Counted from the stretch's first letter, positions 46,656 through 61,890 are shown. The stretch is DNA of 64,000 bases from Eukaryota sp. TZLM1-RC (GCA_040285825.1 JAUPSS010000011.1:1065658-1129657), one strand, 5' to 3'. Notes: generated by a model from the letters alone, not told the origin. A program made the numbers and translations.

Positions 46656-49600
46656 TACAGCAATTTCTCACAAAAGGAAATTTTTGCGAATAACATGCAA
46701 AATCAAGATCCACAAATACCGAAAATGCCCAATCTTCAGAATCACCCTCACTGATCAAGCACCATGCAGTCAGACCCGGAAATGGGAAAGGAAATGCTGG
46801 CTCCTACTTTGGGGTTCCCACTTTGATTTAGTGAGAAAGATTGGTAAAACTGTTCAACAGCGCTATTATGAAATTGGTCTTTCATTAGACATTTCTAAAT
46901 GTTTATTGATTGGTAGAGACTCCATGATTGGGTGAGTTGCATGTAGTTTTTATGTACCAGAAGTGACCAATTTGTGATCAAACTGTTTGTGAGATTGTGA
47001 GTGAGTAATGTTAGCTATGTGTTGCTTAGTTGTTCCAAACTTATGATTACATTTTCAATTGATTTTGTATATATTTAAATTAATTGAGTTCATTAATTTT
47101 TATAAACATTAAATGGTTAATAAATCCAAAAATCCAAAAGTTTGCAATTGAATGTTGAAACTCAATAAAACGTTTTTGTAAGCGTAAGAGTATCGTTTTT
47201 GATACGCGTTACTCTTATTTAAAATTAAGATGAAAATATTTGAGCACTAAAAAAACTACCAACATATCGATCATTTCTGTTTTTTGGAAGTATATAATTC
47301 AAAGCACTGTGGCATTTAAAGTTATTCTTCAAAATAATACAACTAATTTCTGCCGTTACCTCATTCCATCCAAATTGGTAAAAAGGTATCTCTGTTCTAG
47401 TGTTAAAAATCTATGGACACTCAAAAGCGGGGCAACACTTTGGTTAATTAAATTTAAGTCTTTTAAATTGAATATTTCGAAATTTGATCAGAAACAGCTT
47501 CTATTCGCCTTTTTTTATTTATCGCGATGATGTTTTACTTAGTACTAATGGTCATTTAAACAAGGCTGAAGATCGTAAAATGGATAAATATACTGAGATA
47601 TTAAGTGATTTAAATAAGAATCATTACTCAAAGTTTTCGTTTGTTTCATTTGCCGTTTCAATTTTTGTCAACATTGGACAGTTGGCCTTGCATTTTATCA
47701 ATGATTTTCGTAATTTGTGTCGTTCAAGTGGTAACAATTTTCGCTGTGTACAGAAGCGCTCCCAAATAATTTTGTTTCATTTGTGCTTTAGTTTGATTTG
47801 ATTCTGGGTAGAAAATCAATATTGTTGTTAAAAATACAGCAATTTCTCACAAAAGGAAATTTTTGCGAATAACATGCAAAATCAAGATCCACAAATACCG
47901 AAAATGCCCAATCTTCAGAATCACCCTCACTGATCAAGCACCATGCAGTCGGACCCGGAAAGTGGGAAAGGAAATGCTGGCTCCCACTTTGGGGTTCCCA
48001 CTTTGATTTAGTGAGAAAGATTGGTAAAACTGTTCAACAGCGCTATTATGAAATTGGTCTTTCATTAAACATTTCTAAATGTTTACTGATTGGTAGAGAC
48101 CCCATGATTGGGTGAGTTGCATGTAGTTTTTATGTACCAGATGTGACCAATTTGTGATCAAACTGTTTGTGAGATTGTGAGTGAGTAATGTTAGCTATGT
48201 GTTGCTTAGTCGTTCCAAACTTATGATTACATTTTCAATTGATTTTGTATATATTTAAATTAACTGAGTTCATTAATTTTTATAAACATTAAATGGTTAA
48301 TAAATGCAAAAATCCAAAAGTTTGCAATTGAATGTTGAAAACTCAATAAAACGTTTCTGTAAGCGTAAGAGTATCGTTTTTGATACGCGTTACTCTTATT
48401 TAAAATTAAGAAGAAAATATTTGAGCACTAAAAAAACTACCAACATATCGATCTTTTCTGTTTTTTGGAAGTATATAATTCAAAGCACTGTGGCATTTAA
48501 AGTTATGCTTCAAAATAATACAACTAATTTCTGCCGTTATCTCATTCCATCCAAATTGGTAAAAAGGTATCTCTGTTCTAGTGTTAAAAATCTATGGACA
48601 CTCAAAAGCGGGGCAACACTTTGGTTAATTAAATTTAAGTCTTTTAAATTGAATATTTCGAAATTTGATCAGAAACAGCTTCTATTCGCCTTTTTTTATT
48701 TATCGCGATGATGTTTTACTTAGTACTAATGGTCATTTAAACAAGGATGAAGATCGTAATAGAGATAAATATACTGAGATATTAAATGATTTAAATAAGA
48801 ATCATTACTCAAAGTTTTCGTTTGTTCCATTTGCCTTTTCTATTTTTGTCAACATTGGACAGTTCGCCTTGCATTTTATCAATGATTTTGGTAATTTGTG
48901 CCGTTCAAGTGTTAACAATTTTCGCTGTGTACAGAAGCGCTCCCAAATAATTTTGTTTTTTATGTGCTTTAGTTTGATTTGATTCTGGGTAGAAAATCAA
49001 TATTGTTGTTAAAAATACAGCAATTTCTCACAAAAGGAAATTTTTGCGAATAACATGCAAAATCAAGATCCACAAATACCGAAAATGCCCAATCTTCAGA
49101 ATCACCCTCACTGATCAAGCACCATGCAGTCACGGAAATGGGAAAGGAAATGCTGGCTCCTACTTTGGGGTTCCCACTTTGATTTAGTGAGAAAGATTGG
49201 TAAAACTGTTCAACAGCGCTATCATGAAATTGGTCTTTCATTAAACATTTCTAAATGTTTATTGATTGGTAGAGACTCCATGATTGGGTGAGTTGCATGT
49301 AGTTTTTATGTACCAGATGTGACCAATTTGTGATCAAACTGTTTGTGAGATTGTGAGTGAGTAATGTTAGCTATGTGTTGCTTAGTTGTTCCAAACTTAT
49401 GATTACATTTTCAATTGATTTTGTATATATTTAAATTGATTGAGTTCATTAATTTTTATAAACATTAAATGGTTAATAAATCCAAAAATCCAAAAGTTTG
49501 CAATTGAATGTTGAAACTCAATAAAACGTTTTTGTAAGCGTAAGAGTATCGTTTTTGATACGCGTTACTCTTATTTAAAATTAAGATGAAAATATTTGAG

Positions 49601-52600
49601 CACTAAAAAAACTACCAACATATCGATCTTTTCTGTTTTTTGGAAGTATATAATTCAAAGCACTGTGGTATTTAATGTTATTCTTCAAAATAATACAACT
49701 AATTTCTGCCGTTACCTCATTCCATCCAAATTGGTAAAAAGGTATCTCTGTTCTAGTGTTAAAAATCTATGGACACTCAAAAGCGGGGCAACACTTTGGT
49801 TAATTAAATTTAAGTCTTTTAAATTGAATATTTCGAAATTTGATCAGAAACAGCTTCTATTCGCCTTTTTTTTATTTATCGCGATGATGTTTTACTTAGT
49901 ACTAATGGTCATTTAAACAAGGCTGAAGATCGTAAAATGGATAAATATACTGAGATATTAAGTGATTTAAATAAGAATCATTACTCAAAGTTTTCGTTTG
50001 TTCCATTTGCCTTTTCTATTTTTGTCAACATTGGACAGTTCGCCTTGCATTTTATCAATGATTTTCGTAATTTGTGTCGTTCAAGTGGTAACAATTTTCG
50101 CTGTGTACAGAAGCGCTCCCAAATAATTTTGTTTCATTTGTGCTTTAGTTTGATTTGATTCTGGGTAGAAAATCAATATTGTTGTTAAAAATACAGCAAT
50201 TTCTCACAAAAGGAAATTTTTGCGAATAACATGCAAAATCAAGATCCACAAATACCGAAAATGCCCAATCTTCAGAATCACCCTCACTGATCAAGCACCA
50301 TGCAGTCGGACCCGGAAAGTGGGAAAGGAAATGCTGGCTCCCACTTTGGGGTTCCCACTTTGATTTAGTGAGAAAGATTGGTAAAACTGTTCAACAGCGC
50401 TATTATGAAATTGGTCTTTCATTAAACATTTCTAAATGTTTACTGATTGGTAGAGACTCCATGATTGGGTGAGTTGTATGTAGTTTTTATGTACCAGATG
50501 TGACCAATTTGTAATCAAACTGTTTGTGAGATTGTGAGTGAGTAATGTTAGCTATGTGTTGCTTAGTCGTTCCAAACTTATGATTACATTTTCAATTGAT
50601 TTTGTATATATTTAAATTAACTGAGTTCATTAATTTTTATAAACATTAAATGGTTAATAAATGCAAAAATCCAAAAGTTTGCAATTGAATGTTGAAAACT
50701 CAATAAAACGTTTTTGTAAGCGTAAGAGTATCGTTTTTGATACGCGTTACTCTTATTTAAAATTAAGATGAAAATATTTGAGCACTAAAAAAACTACCAA
50801 CATATCGATCTTTTCTGTTTTTTGGAAGTATATAATTCAAAGCACTGTGACATTTAAAGTTATTCTTCAAAATAATACAACTAATTTCTGCCGTTACCTC
50901 ATTCCATCCAAATTGGTAAAAAGGTATCTCTGTTCTAGTGTTAAAAATCTATGGACACTCAAAAGCGGGGCAACACTTTGGTTAATTAAATTTAAGTCTT
51001 TTAAATTGAATATTTCGAAATTTGATCAGAAACAGTTTCTATTCGCCTTTTTTTATTTATCGCGATGATGTTTTACTTAGTACTAATGGTCATTTAAACA
51101 AGGCTGAAGATCGTAAAAAGGATAAATACACAGAGATATTAAATGATTTAAATAAGAATCATTACTCAAAGTTTTCGTTTGTTCCATTGGCCTTTTCTAT
51201 TTTTGTCAACATTGGACAGTTCGCCTTGCATTTTATCAATGATTTTGGTAATTTGTGTCGTTCAAGTGGTAACAATTTTCGCTGTGTACAGAAGCGCTCC
51301 CAAATAATTTTGTTTCATTTGTGCTTTAGTTTGATTTGATTCTGGGTAGAAAATCAATATTGTTGTTAAAAATACAGCAATTTCTCACAAAAGGAAATTT
51401 TTGCGAATAACATGCAAAATCAAGATCCACAAATACCGAAAATGCCCAATCTTCAGAATCACCCTCACTGATCAAGCACCATGCAGTCGGACCCGGAAAG
51501 TGGGAAAGGAAATGCTGGCTCCCACTTTGGGGTTCCCACTTTGATTTAGTGAGAAAGGTTGGTAAAACTGTTCAACAGCGCTATTATGAAATTGGTCTTT
51601 CATTAAACATTTCTAAATGTTTACTGATTGGTAGAGACTCCATGATTGGGTGAGTTGCATGTAGTTTTTATGTACCAGATGTGACCAATTTGTGATCAAA
51701 CTGTTTGTGAGATTGTGAGTGAGTAATGTTAGCTATGTGTTGCTTAGTCGTTCCAAACTTATGATTACATTTTCAATTGATTTTGTATATATTTAAATTA
51801 ACTGAGTTCATTAATTTTTATAAACATTAAATGGTTAATAAATGCAAAAATCCAAAAGTTTGCAATTGAATGTTGAAAACTCAATAAAACGTTTTTGTAA
51901 GCGTAAGAGTATCGTTTTTGATACGCGTTACTCTTATTTAAAATTAAGATGAAAATATTTGAGCACTAAAAAAACTACCAACATATCGATCTTTTCTGTT
52001 TTTTGGAAGTATATAATTCAAAGCACTGTGGCATTTAATGTTATTCTTCAAAATAATACAACTAATTTCTGCCGTTACCTCATTCCATCCAAATTGGTAA
52101 AAAGGTATCTCTGTTCTAGTGTTAAAAATCTATGGACACTCAAAAGCGGGGCAACACTTTGGTTAATTAAATTTAAGTCTTTTAAATTGAATATTTCGAA
52201 ATTTGATCAGAAACAGCTTCTGTTCGCCTTTTTTTTATTTATCGCGATGATGTTTTACTTAGTACTAATGGTCATTTAAACAAGGCTGAAGATCGTAAAA
52301 TGGATAAATATACTGAGATATTAAGTGATTTAAATAAGAATCATTACTCAAAGTTTTCGTTTGTTCCATTTGCCTTTTCTATTTTTGTCAACATTGGACA
52401 GTTCGCCTTGCATTTTATCAATGATTTTGGTAATTTGTGTCGTTCAAGTGGTAACAATTTTCGCTGTGTACAGAAGCGCTCCCAAATAATTTTGTTTCAT
52501 TTGTGCTTTAGTTTGATTTGATTCTGGGTAGAAAATCAATATTGTTGTTAAAAATACAGCAATTTCTCACAAAAGGAAATTTTTGCGAATAACATGCAAA

Positions 52601-55600
52601 ATCAAGATCCACAAATACCGAAAATGCCCAATCTTCAGAATCACCCTCACTGATCAAGCACCATGCAGTCGGACCCGGAAAGTGGGAAGGAAATGCTGGC
52701 TCCCACTTTGGGGTTCCCACTTTGATTTAGTGAGAAAGGTTGGTAAAACTATTCAACAGCGCTATTATGAAATTGGTCTTTCATTAAACATTTCTAAATG
52801 TTTACTGATTGGTAGAGACTCCATGATTGGGTGAGTTGCATGTAGTTTTTATGTACCAGATGTGACCAATTTGTGATCAAACTGTTTGTGAGATTGTGAG
52901 TGAGTAATGTTAGCTATGTGTTGCTTAGTCGTTCCAAACTTATGATTACATTTTCAATTGATTTTGTATATATTTAAATTAACTGAGTTCATTAATTTTT
53001 ATAAACATTAAATGGTTAATAAATGCAAAAATCCAAAAGTTTGCAATTGAATGTTGAAAACTCAATAAAACGTTTTTGTAAGCGTAAGAGTATCGTTTTT
53101 GATACGCGTTACTCATATTTAAAATTAAGATGAAAATATTTGAGCACTAAAAAAACTACCAACATATCGATCTTTTCTGTTTTTTGGAAGTATATAATTC
53201 AAAGCACTGTGGCATTTAATGTTATTCTTCAAAATAATACAACTAATTTCTGCCGTTACCTCATTCCATCCAAATTGGTAAAAAGGTATCTCTGTTCTAG
53301 TGTTAAAAATCTATGGACACTCAAAAGCGGGGCAACACTTTGGTTAATTAAATTTAAGTCTTTTAAATTGAATATTTCGAAATTTGATCAGAAACAGCTT
53401 CTATTCGCCTTTTTTTTATTTATCGCGATGATGTTTTACTTAGTACTAATGGTCATTTAAACAAGGCTGAAGATCGTAAAATGGATAAATATACTGAGAT
53501 ATTAAGTGATTTAAATAAGAATCATTACTCAAAGTTTTCGTTTGTTCCATTTGCCTTTTCTATTTTTGTCAACATTGGACAGTTCGCCTTGCATTTTATC
53601 AATGATTTTCGTAATTTGTGTCGTTCAAGTGGTAACAATTTTCGCTGTGTACAGAAGCGCTCCCAAATAATTTTGTTTCTTATGTGCTTTAGTTTGATTT
53701 GATTCTGGGTAGAAAATCAATAATGGTGTTAAAAATACCGCAATTTCTCACAAAAGGAAATTTTTGCGAATAACATGCAAAATCAAGATCCACAAATACC
53801 GAAAATGCCCAATCTTCAGAATCACCCTCACTGATCAAGCACCATGCAGTCAGACCCGGAAAGTGGGAAAGGAAATGCTGGCTCCTACTTTGGGGTTCCC
53901 ACTTTGATTTAGTGAGAAAGATTGGTAAAACTGTTCAACAGCGCTATTATGAAATTGGTCTTTCATTAAACATTTCTAAATGTTTATTGATTGGTAGAGA
54001 CTCCATGATTGGGTGAGTTGCATGTAGTTTTTATGTACCAGATGTGACCAATTTGTGATCAAACTGTTTGTGAGATTGTGAGTGAGTAATGTTAGCTATG
54101 TGTTGCTTAGTCGTTCCAAACTTATGATTACATTTTCAATTGATTTTGTATATATTTAAATTAATTGAGTTCATTAATTTTTATAAACATTAAATGGTTA
54201 ATAAATCCAAAAATCCAAAAGTTTGCAATTGAATGTTGAAACTCAATAAAACGTTTTTGTAAGCGTAAGAGTATCGTTTTTGATACGCGTTACTCTTATT
54301 TAAAATTAAGATGAAAATATTTGAGCACTAAAAAAACTACCAACATATCGATCATTTCTGTTTTTTGGAAGTATATAATTCAAAGCACTGTGGCATTTAA
54401 AGTTATTCTTCAAAATAATACAACTAATTTCTGCCGTTACCTCATTCCATCCAAATTGGTAAAAAGGTATCTCTGTTCTAGTGTTAAAAATCTATGGACA
54501 CTCAAAAGCGGGGCAACACTTTGGTTAATTAAATTTAAGTCTTTTAAATTGAATATTTCGAAATTTGATCAGAAACAGCTTCTATTCGCTTTTTTTATTT
54601 ATCGCGATGATGTTTTACTTAGTACTAATGGTCTTTTAAACAAGGCTGAAGATCGTAAAAGAGATAAATAAACTGGGATATTAAATGATTTAAATAAGAA
54701 TCATTACTCAAAGTTTTCGTCTCTTCCATTTGCCTTTTCGATTTTTGGCAACATTGGACAGTTCGCCTTGGATTTTATCAATGATTTTGGTAATTTGTGT
54801 CGTTCAAGTGGTGAGAAGTTTGCAGGGAATTTATGGAAGATTCGCATCATTTTCGCTTTGTACAGAAGCCCAAATAATTTTGTTTCATATGTGCTTTAGT
54901 TTGATTTGATTTGATTCTGCGTAGAAAATCAATATTGTTGTTAAAATCACAGTAACAATTTCTCACAAAAGGAAATTTTTGCGAATAACATGCAAAATCA
55001 AGATCCACAAATACCGAAAATGCCCAATCTTCAGAATCACCCTCACTGATCAAGCACCATGCAGTCAGACCCGGAAAGTGGGAAAGGAAATGCTGGCTCC
55101 CACTTTGGGGTTCCCACTTTGATTTAGTGAGAAAGATTGGTAAAACTGTTCAACAGCGCTATTATGAAATTGGTCTTTCATTAAACATTTCTAACTGTTT
55201 ATTGATTGGTAGAGACTCCATGATTGGGTGAGTTGCATGTAGTTTTTATGTACCAGATGTGACCAATTTGTGATCAAACTGTTTGTGAGATTGTGAGTGA
55301 GTAATGTTAGCTATGTGTTGCTTAGTCGTTCCAAACTTATGATTACATTTTCAATTGATTTTGTATATATTTAAATTAATTGAGTTCATTAATTTTTATA
55401 AACATTAAATGGTTATTAAATCCAAAAAATCCAAAAGTTTGCAATTGAATGTTGAAAACTCAATAAAACGTTTTTGTAAGCGTAAGAGTATCGTTTTTGA
55501 TACGCGTTACTCTTATTTAAAATTAAGAAGAAAATATTTGAGCACTAAAAAACTTCCAACATATCGATCTTTTCTGTTTTTTTGGAAGTATATAATTCAA

Positions 55601-58600
55601 AGCACTGTGGCATTTAAATTTATTCTTCAAAATAATACAACTAATTTCTACTGTTACCTCATTCCATCCAAATTGGTAAAAAGGTATCTCTGTTCTGGTG
55701 TTAAAAATCTATGGACACTCAAAAGCGGGGCAACACTTTGGTTAATTAAATTTAAGTCTTTTAAATTGAATATTTCGAAATTTGATCAGAAACAGCTTCT
55801 ATTCGCTTTTTTTATTTATCGCGATGATGTTTTACTTAGTACTAATGGTCTTTTAAACAAGGCTGAAGATCGTAAAAGAGATAAATAAACTGGGATATTA
55901 AATGATTTAAATAAGAATCTTTACTCAAAGTTTTCGTTTGTTCTCTTTGCCTTTTCGATTTTTGGCAACATTGGACAGTTCGCCTTGGATTTTATCAATG
56001 ATTTTGGTAATTTGTGTCGTTCAAGTGGTGAGAAGTTTGCAGGGAATTTATGGAAGATTCGCATCATTTTCGCTTTGTACAGAAGCCCAAATAATTTTGT
56101 TTCATATGTGCTTTAGTTTGATTTGATTTGATTCTGCGTAGAAAATCAATATTGTTGTTAAAATCACAGTAACAATTTCTCACAAAAGGAAATTTTTGCG
56201 AATAACATGCAAAATCAAGATCCACAAATACCGAAAATGCCCAATCTTCAGAATCACCCTCACTGATCAAGCACCATGCAGTCAGACCCGGAAAGTGGGA
56301 AAGGAAATGCTGGCTCCCACTTTGGGGTTCCCACTTTGATTTAGTGAGAAAGATTGGTAAAACTGTTCAACAGCGCTATTATGAAATTGGTCTTTCATTA
56401 AACATTTCTAACTGTTTATTGATTGGTAGAGACTCCATGATTGGGTGAGTTGCATGTAGTTTTTATGTACCAGATGTGACCAATTTGTGATCAAACTGTT
56501 TGTGAGATTGTGAGTGAGTAATGTTAGCTATGTGTTGCTTAGTCGTTCCAAACTTATGATTACATTTTCAATTGATTTTGTATATATTTAAATTAATTGA
56601 GTTCATTAATTTTTATAAACATTAAATGGTTATTAAATCCAAAAATCCAAAAGTTTGCAATTGAATGTTGAAAACTCAATAAAACGTTTTTGTAAGCGTA
56701 AGAGTATCGTTTTTGATACGCGTTACTCTTATTTAAAATTAAGAAGAAAATATTTGAGCACTAAAAAAACTACCAACATATCGATCTTTTCTGTTTTTTG
56801 GAAGTATATAATTCAAAGCACTGTGGCATTTAAATTTATTCTTCAAAATAATACAACTAATTTCTACTGTTACCTCATTCCATCCAAATTGGTAAAAAGG
56901 TATCTCTGTTCTGGTGTTAAAAATCTATGGACACTCAAAAGCGGGGCAACACTTTGGTTAATTAAATTTAAGTCTTTTAAATTGAATATTTCGAAATTTG
57001 ATCAGAAACAGCTTCTATTCGCTTTTTTTATTTATCGCGATGATGTTTTACTTAGTACTAATGGTCTTTTAAACAAGGCTGAAGATCGTAAAAGAGATAA
57101 ATAAACTGGGATATTAAATGATTTAAATAAGAATCTTTACTCAAAGTTTTCGTTTGTTCTCTTTGCCTTTTCGATTTTTGGCAACATTGGACAGTTCGCC
57201 TTGGATTTTATCAATGATTTTGGTAATTTGTGTCGTTCAAGTGGTGAGAAGTTTGCAGGGAATTTATGGAAGATTCGCATCATTTTCGCTTTGTACAGAA
57301 GCCCAAATAATTTTGTTTCATATGTGCTTTAGTTTGATTTGATTTGATTCTGCGTAGAAAATCAATATTGTTGTTAAAATCACAGTAACAATTTCTCACA
57401 AAAGGAAATTTTTGCGAATAACATGCAAAATCAAGATCCACAAATACCGAAAATGCCCAATCTTCAGAATCACCCTCACTGATCAAGCACCATGCAGTCA
57501 GACCCGGAAAGTGGGAAAGGAAATGCTGGCTCCCACTTTGGGGTTCCCACTTTGATTTAGTGAGAAAGATTGGTAAAACTGTTCAACAGCGCTATTATGA
57601 AATTGGTCTTTCATTAAACATTTCTAACTGTTTATTGATTGGTAGAGACTCCATGATTGGGTGAGTTGCATGTAGTTTTTATGTACCAGATGTGACCAAT
57701 TTGTGATCAAACTGTTTGTGAGATTGTGAGTGAGTAATGTTAGCTATGTGTTGCTTAGTCGTTCCAAACTTATGATTACATTTTCAATTGATTTTGTATA
57801 TATTTAAAATTAATTGAGTTCATTAATTTTTATAAACATTAAATGGTTATTAAATCCAAAAATCCAAAAGTTTGCAATTGAATGTTGAAAACTCAATAAA
57901 ACGTTTTTGTAAGCGTAAGAGTATCGTTTTTGATACGCGTTACTCTTATTTAAAATTAAGAAGAAAATATTTGAGCACTAAAAAAACTACCAACATATCG
58001 ATCTTTTCTGTTTTTTGGAAGTATATAATTCAAAGCACTGTGGCATTTAAATTTATTCTTCAAAATAATACAACTAATTTCTACTGTTACCTCATTCCAT
58101 CCAAATTGGTAAAAAGGTATCTCTGTTCTGGTGTTAAAAATCTATGGACACTCAAAAGCGGGGCAACACTTTGGTTAATTAAATTTAAGTCTTTTAAATT
58201 GAATATTTCGAAATTTGATCAGAAACAGCTTCTATTCGCTTTTTTTATTTATCGCGATGATGTTTTACTTAGTACTAATGGTCTTTTAAACAAGGCTGAA
58301 GATCGTAAAAGAGATAAATAAACTGGGATATTAAATGATTTAAATAAGAATCTTTACTCAAAGTTTTCGTTTGTTCTCTTTGCCTTTTCGATTTTTGGCA
58401 ACATTGGACAGTTCGCCTTGGATTTTATCAATGATTTTGGTAATTTGTGTCGTTCAAGTGGTGAGAAGTTTGCAGGGAATTTATGGAAGATTCGCATCAT
58501 TTTCGCTTTGTACAGAAGCCCAAATAATTTTGTTTCATATGTGCTTTAGTTTGATTTGATTTGATTCTGCGTAGAAAATCAATATTGTTGTTAAAATCAC

Positions 58601-58900
58601 AGTAACAATTTCTCACAAAAGGAAATTTTTGCGAATAACATGCAAAATCAAGATCCACAAATACCGAAAATGCCCAATCTTCAGAATCACCCTCACTGAT
58701 CAAGCACCATGCAGTCAGACCCGGAAAGTGGGAAAGGAAATGCTGGCTCCCACTTTGGGGTTCCCACTTTGATTTAGTGAGAAAGATTGGTAAAACTGTT
58801 CAACAGCGCTATTATGAAATTGGTCTTTCATTAAACATTTCTAACTGTTTATTGATTGGTAGAGACTCCATGATTGGGTGAGTTGCATGTAGTTTTTATG
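46330..58900 (+). repeat. Tandem array of ~10.5 chimeric retroelement-derived units (~1180 bp x6, then ~1216 bp x4)
   Basis: Marker CACAAAAGGAAATTTTTGCG at 46669, 47848, 49029, 50205, 51386, 52568, 53749, 54964, 56181, 57397 and 58614. Confidence 0.96.
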
Positions 58901-59084
58901 TAGTTATTATTTTATAAAAGTAATTGAGGGAATGCGTTTCATTATCTTTTGATATATTATTTTTGAACACAAATGGTTTTTTAAAAATCTTCATAGATAT
59001 TGAGACTTTGTCTCTAGTAATCAAGAGAGAAAAAAATAATATAATAAAAAATAAATAAATAATAGAAAAAAAAGTTAAATCGAT

Positions 59085-60510
59085 TTTGTCAGGTATTTTG
59101 GAAAAAATCGAAGAGCAACTTTTGGTTATTCAAGATTTAAAAATTGACAAACATTTAGCTTTTTCGGTCCTAAATGTGTGTTTTGGATCAAAAATTAATC
59201 ATCTTCTTCGTTCTTTATCTCCCACAATTTCTCATGATTTTGCACGTCAATTCAATACTTTGAGAACAAATTTCTTAGGATATTTAGTAGAAGTTTGTCC
59301 ATCTAAAATTCCTTATCATGCATTTTTTAGTCCTAAATTTGGTGGAGTTGGTTTTTCAAAAGCAGAGTATTTATGCAAAAGTGCTTTTATTGGTGGTATG
59401 AAAAATTTTCTTTTTGAATGGAAACTTCGTTTTGATCATATTTCTTTAAATGAATCACATCCTTTATTAATTTCTCTTGAAAAAATGGTGCAAGAACTAC
59501 CTGTTGATGTTTGGAATAGGAGTATTCCTTCAAGTTTGCCTGCTGTGCCTTCGAGATCTTTCACCAATCTTCATCTTGCTGTTGTGAAAATACAGAAGTC
59601 TGTTCTAATGGGTTTTGAAGACCTGGATTTTTCTAAACGACTTAGTGTGACTAAGATTAATAATCCCGTCTTTGCTGCCTTTTTATCAGACATTCAGAAC
59701 TGTACTAGTTTAATATCTCAGCAACCAAGGCCATTTGGTCTTCACTTAACAAATGAAGCATGGAAACAAAACATGCGGTTGAGATTAGGGATGTATCCAA
59801 GTGGTCTTTTGGATAAATCTTATTGTATTTGTAACAAAAACCTACTGCCAATTTCCGTCATATTGTGAGCTGTAGAAAATTTCTCCAATATAGGTCAGTT
59901 CTTCATAATGCCATTCGTGATGTGGCATATGAAATGTTTAAGTGTTACAATTTTAGTTGCAAAGTAGAACCTTTGTTGAAGCATTATAGTGATGATAATC
60001 TTTTTAATTCACGTCGAGGTGATTTAATTGCTCCTTTTGTGGATTCCTCTCAAGTTGTTGTTGATTTCACTACAGTTGATCCCTTTGCTTTTGTTTATCG
60101 CGATGATGTTTTACTTAGTACTAATGGTCATTTAAACAAGGCTGAAGATCGTAAGAGAGATAAATATACTGAGATATTAAATGATTTAAATAAGAACCTT
60201 TATTCGAAGTTTTCGTTTGTTCCTTTTGCCTTTTCGATTTTTGGCAACATTGGACAATCCGCCTTGAATTTCATCAATGATTTTGGTAATTTATGTCGTT
60301 CAAGTGGTAAGAATTTTGCAGAGAATTTATGGAAAAATCGTATCATTTTCGCTTTGTACAGAAGTGTTCCCAAGTACTTGAGTTTAATGATGTCTAAACT
60401 TTATAAGGATTCATCAAGAGTTGGCGTGGAGAATTTAGTTTCTTATGTGTTTTAGTTTTTTTATTTGATTCTTCGTAGAAAATGATAAAATAATAATAAT
60501 AGAAAAAAAG
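59085..60510 (+). mobile_element. Family B 3' half, best-preserved copy (one frameshift in an A-run ~59840)
   Basis: ORFs 59086-59868 and 59865-60455; intact FGGVGF, RRGDL, VVDFTTVD and KRDKY. Confidence 0.92.
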
Positions 60511-61127
60511 ACAGAAAACAAAAAAATTTTTCTTACAAAAAAATAGGAAAAGGACAAATTTTTAATGAATGTATATAATCAAATAAATTCGAGAGAACCA
60601 CAACGCAAGTTAATGGTTCTGGAGATGATTAATCGTATCTTCATCACAATAAACTATTTCATTAACCAAATAATCAAATACATACACATATAAAAATGGC
60701 TTTGGAAAATCAAATAAAAGCAAAATAAATTAAGGGTAATAGATTCATAGTTCACACATTTGAGAGAATGCAAATTTGATGGATTTTGTACAATTCATAG
60801 TATCACATGATTAATTTAGAGGTAACTGAACGGTTTTACAAGCTCAGTACTTCAGAGATGAGCTCAGAGTTGATTTCAAATCATCTTTATGATTCAAGAA
60901 ATATTGTTTGGTTATTGTGATTGATAAACTTATTTTACAATTTTGCATCGTATTATTGTCTTTGTGCATATTATCCTCAAATTATAAAAATTAAATAAAA
61001 AAATAATATAAAAATTAATAAATGATATAAAAGCTAATTATATTCCTCATCCTTCAAATGCTGTTACAGTTGACACTAAAATTTCTGCCGATACTATTTA
61101 CCAAGGATCATGATGTAGATATATTAG

Positions 61128-61890
61128 TTGTTTCCCTTTCAACCAAAGTTTTCCAGATTTATCAAAGGTCACCCACTCGATTGTTGGCACAATGACTTTC
61201 AACTACTTGTGACTCTTGACATCAAGGTGTTGAAACCTATTTCAAGATACCTTGAAACTTTATTGAAAATTTTACAGTTCTCAACTGTGTGTGTTTGTTA
61301 TGAACAAATCACTCGTTACTGAGTACCGCTCCCTACAATCAAACCAACAGTTCTTCACAGTTTCTCTTGTTGATAACAACATCTACCTTTGGAAAGTTGT
61401 GATCAAGACCTGTTGCTTTGATTCGAGTTCACCACTGTATCAACATCTGTCATCAACTGGTACTCAAGGTGTGCTTCTAGAGCTTAAGTTTATTCAGTCC
61501 TACACATCAGTCACTCGATCCCCGCCCTGGTGTCGTATAATTTCCCCAAAGCTATCTGGTGGAGGCATTTACCAAGGATCTGTTTGCTGGGAAGGATTTT
61601 ATGACACAAACAGAACAGTGGAATACAACATGGAAAACTTACTGGTTGAGTTTGCTCATGTGCTGAGTGTTGAGCAACTTTCGATGGTATGGCAGAATGG
61701 TCAGTGCAAGAAGCCAGGAAAGGAGAACAGTTCATACTTGGTGCTCACACAGACTGGAAACAAACAGCCTTTGTGTAGTGTTAATACAGGAAGTTGGGAT
61801 AAGGTTTTTGTTTCATCAAATATGTAATTGACTAATAATGCGAGTAGTGAGTCTGCCATTGATGAAATGTCACAAACTCAATTTGTGAAA
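61128..61890 (+). pseudogene. UBE2Q-like E2 copy that retains the catalytic Cys (GSVCWE); flanks broken
   Basis: ORF 61291-61827 has a complete UBC-like core; frameshift upstream and premature TAA downstream. Confidence 0.7.

Noticed and set aside
47240-58321. Repeated MSTKKTT.../MQLNVE... ORFs in the array as a gene family
   Set aside because: They mostly rely on TTG starts, vary in length and frame between units, and have no recognisable domain.
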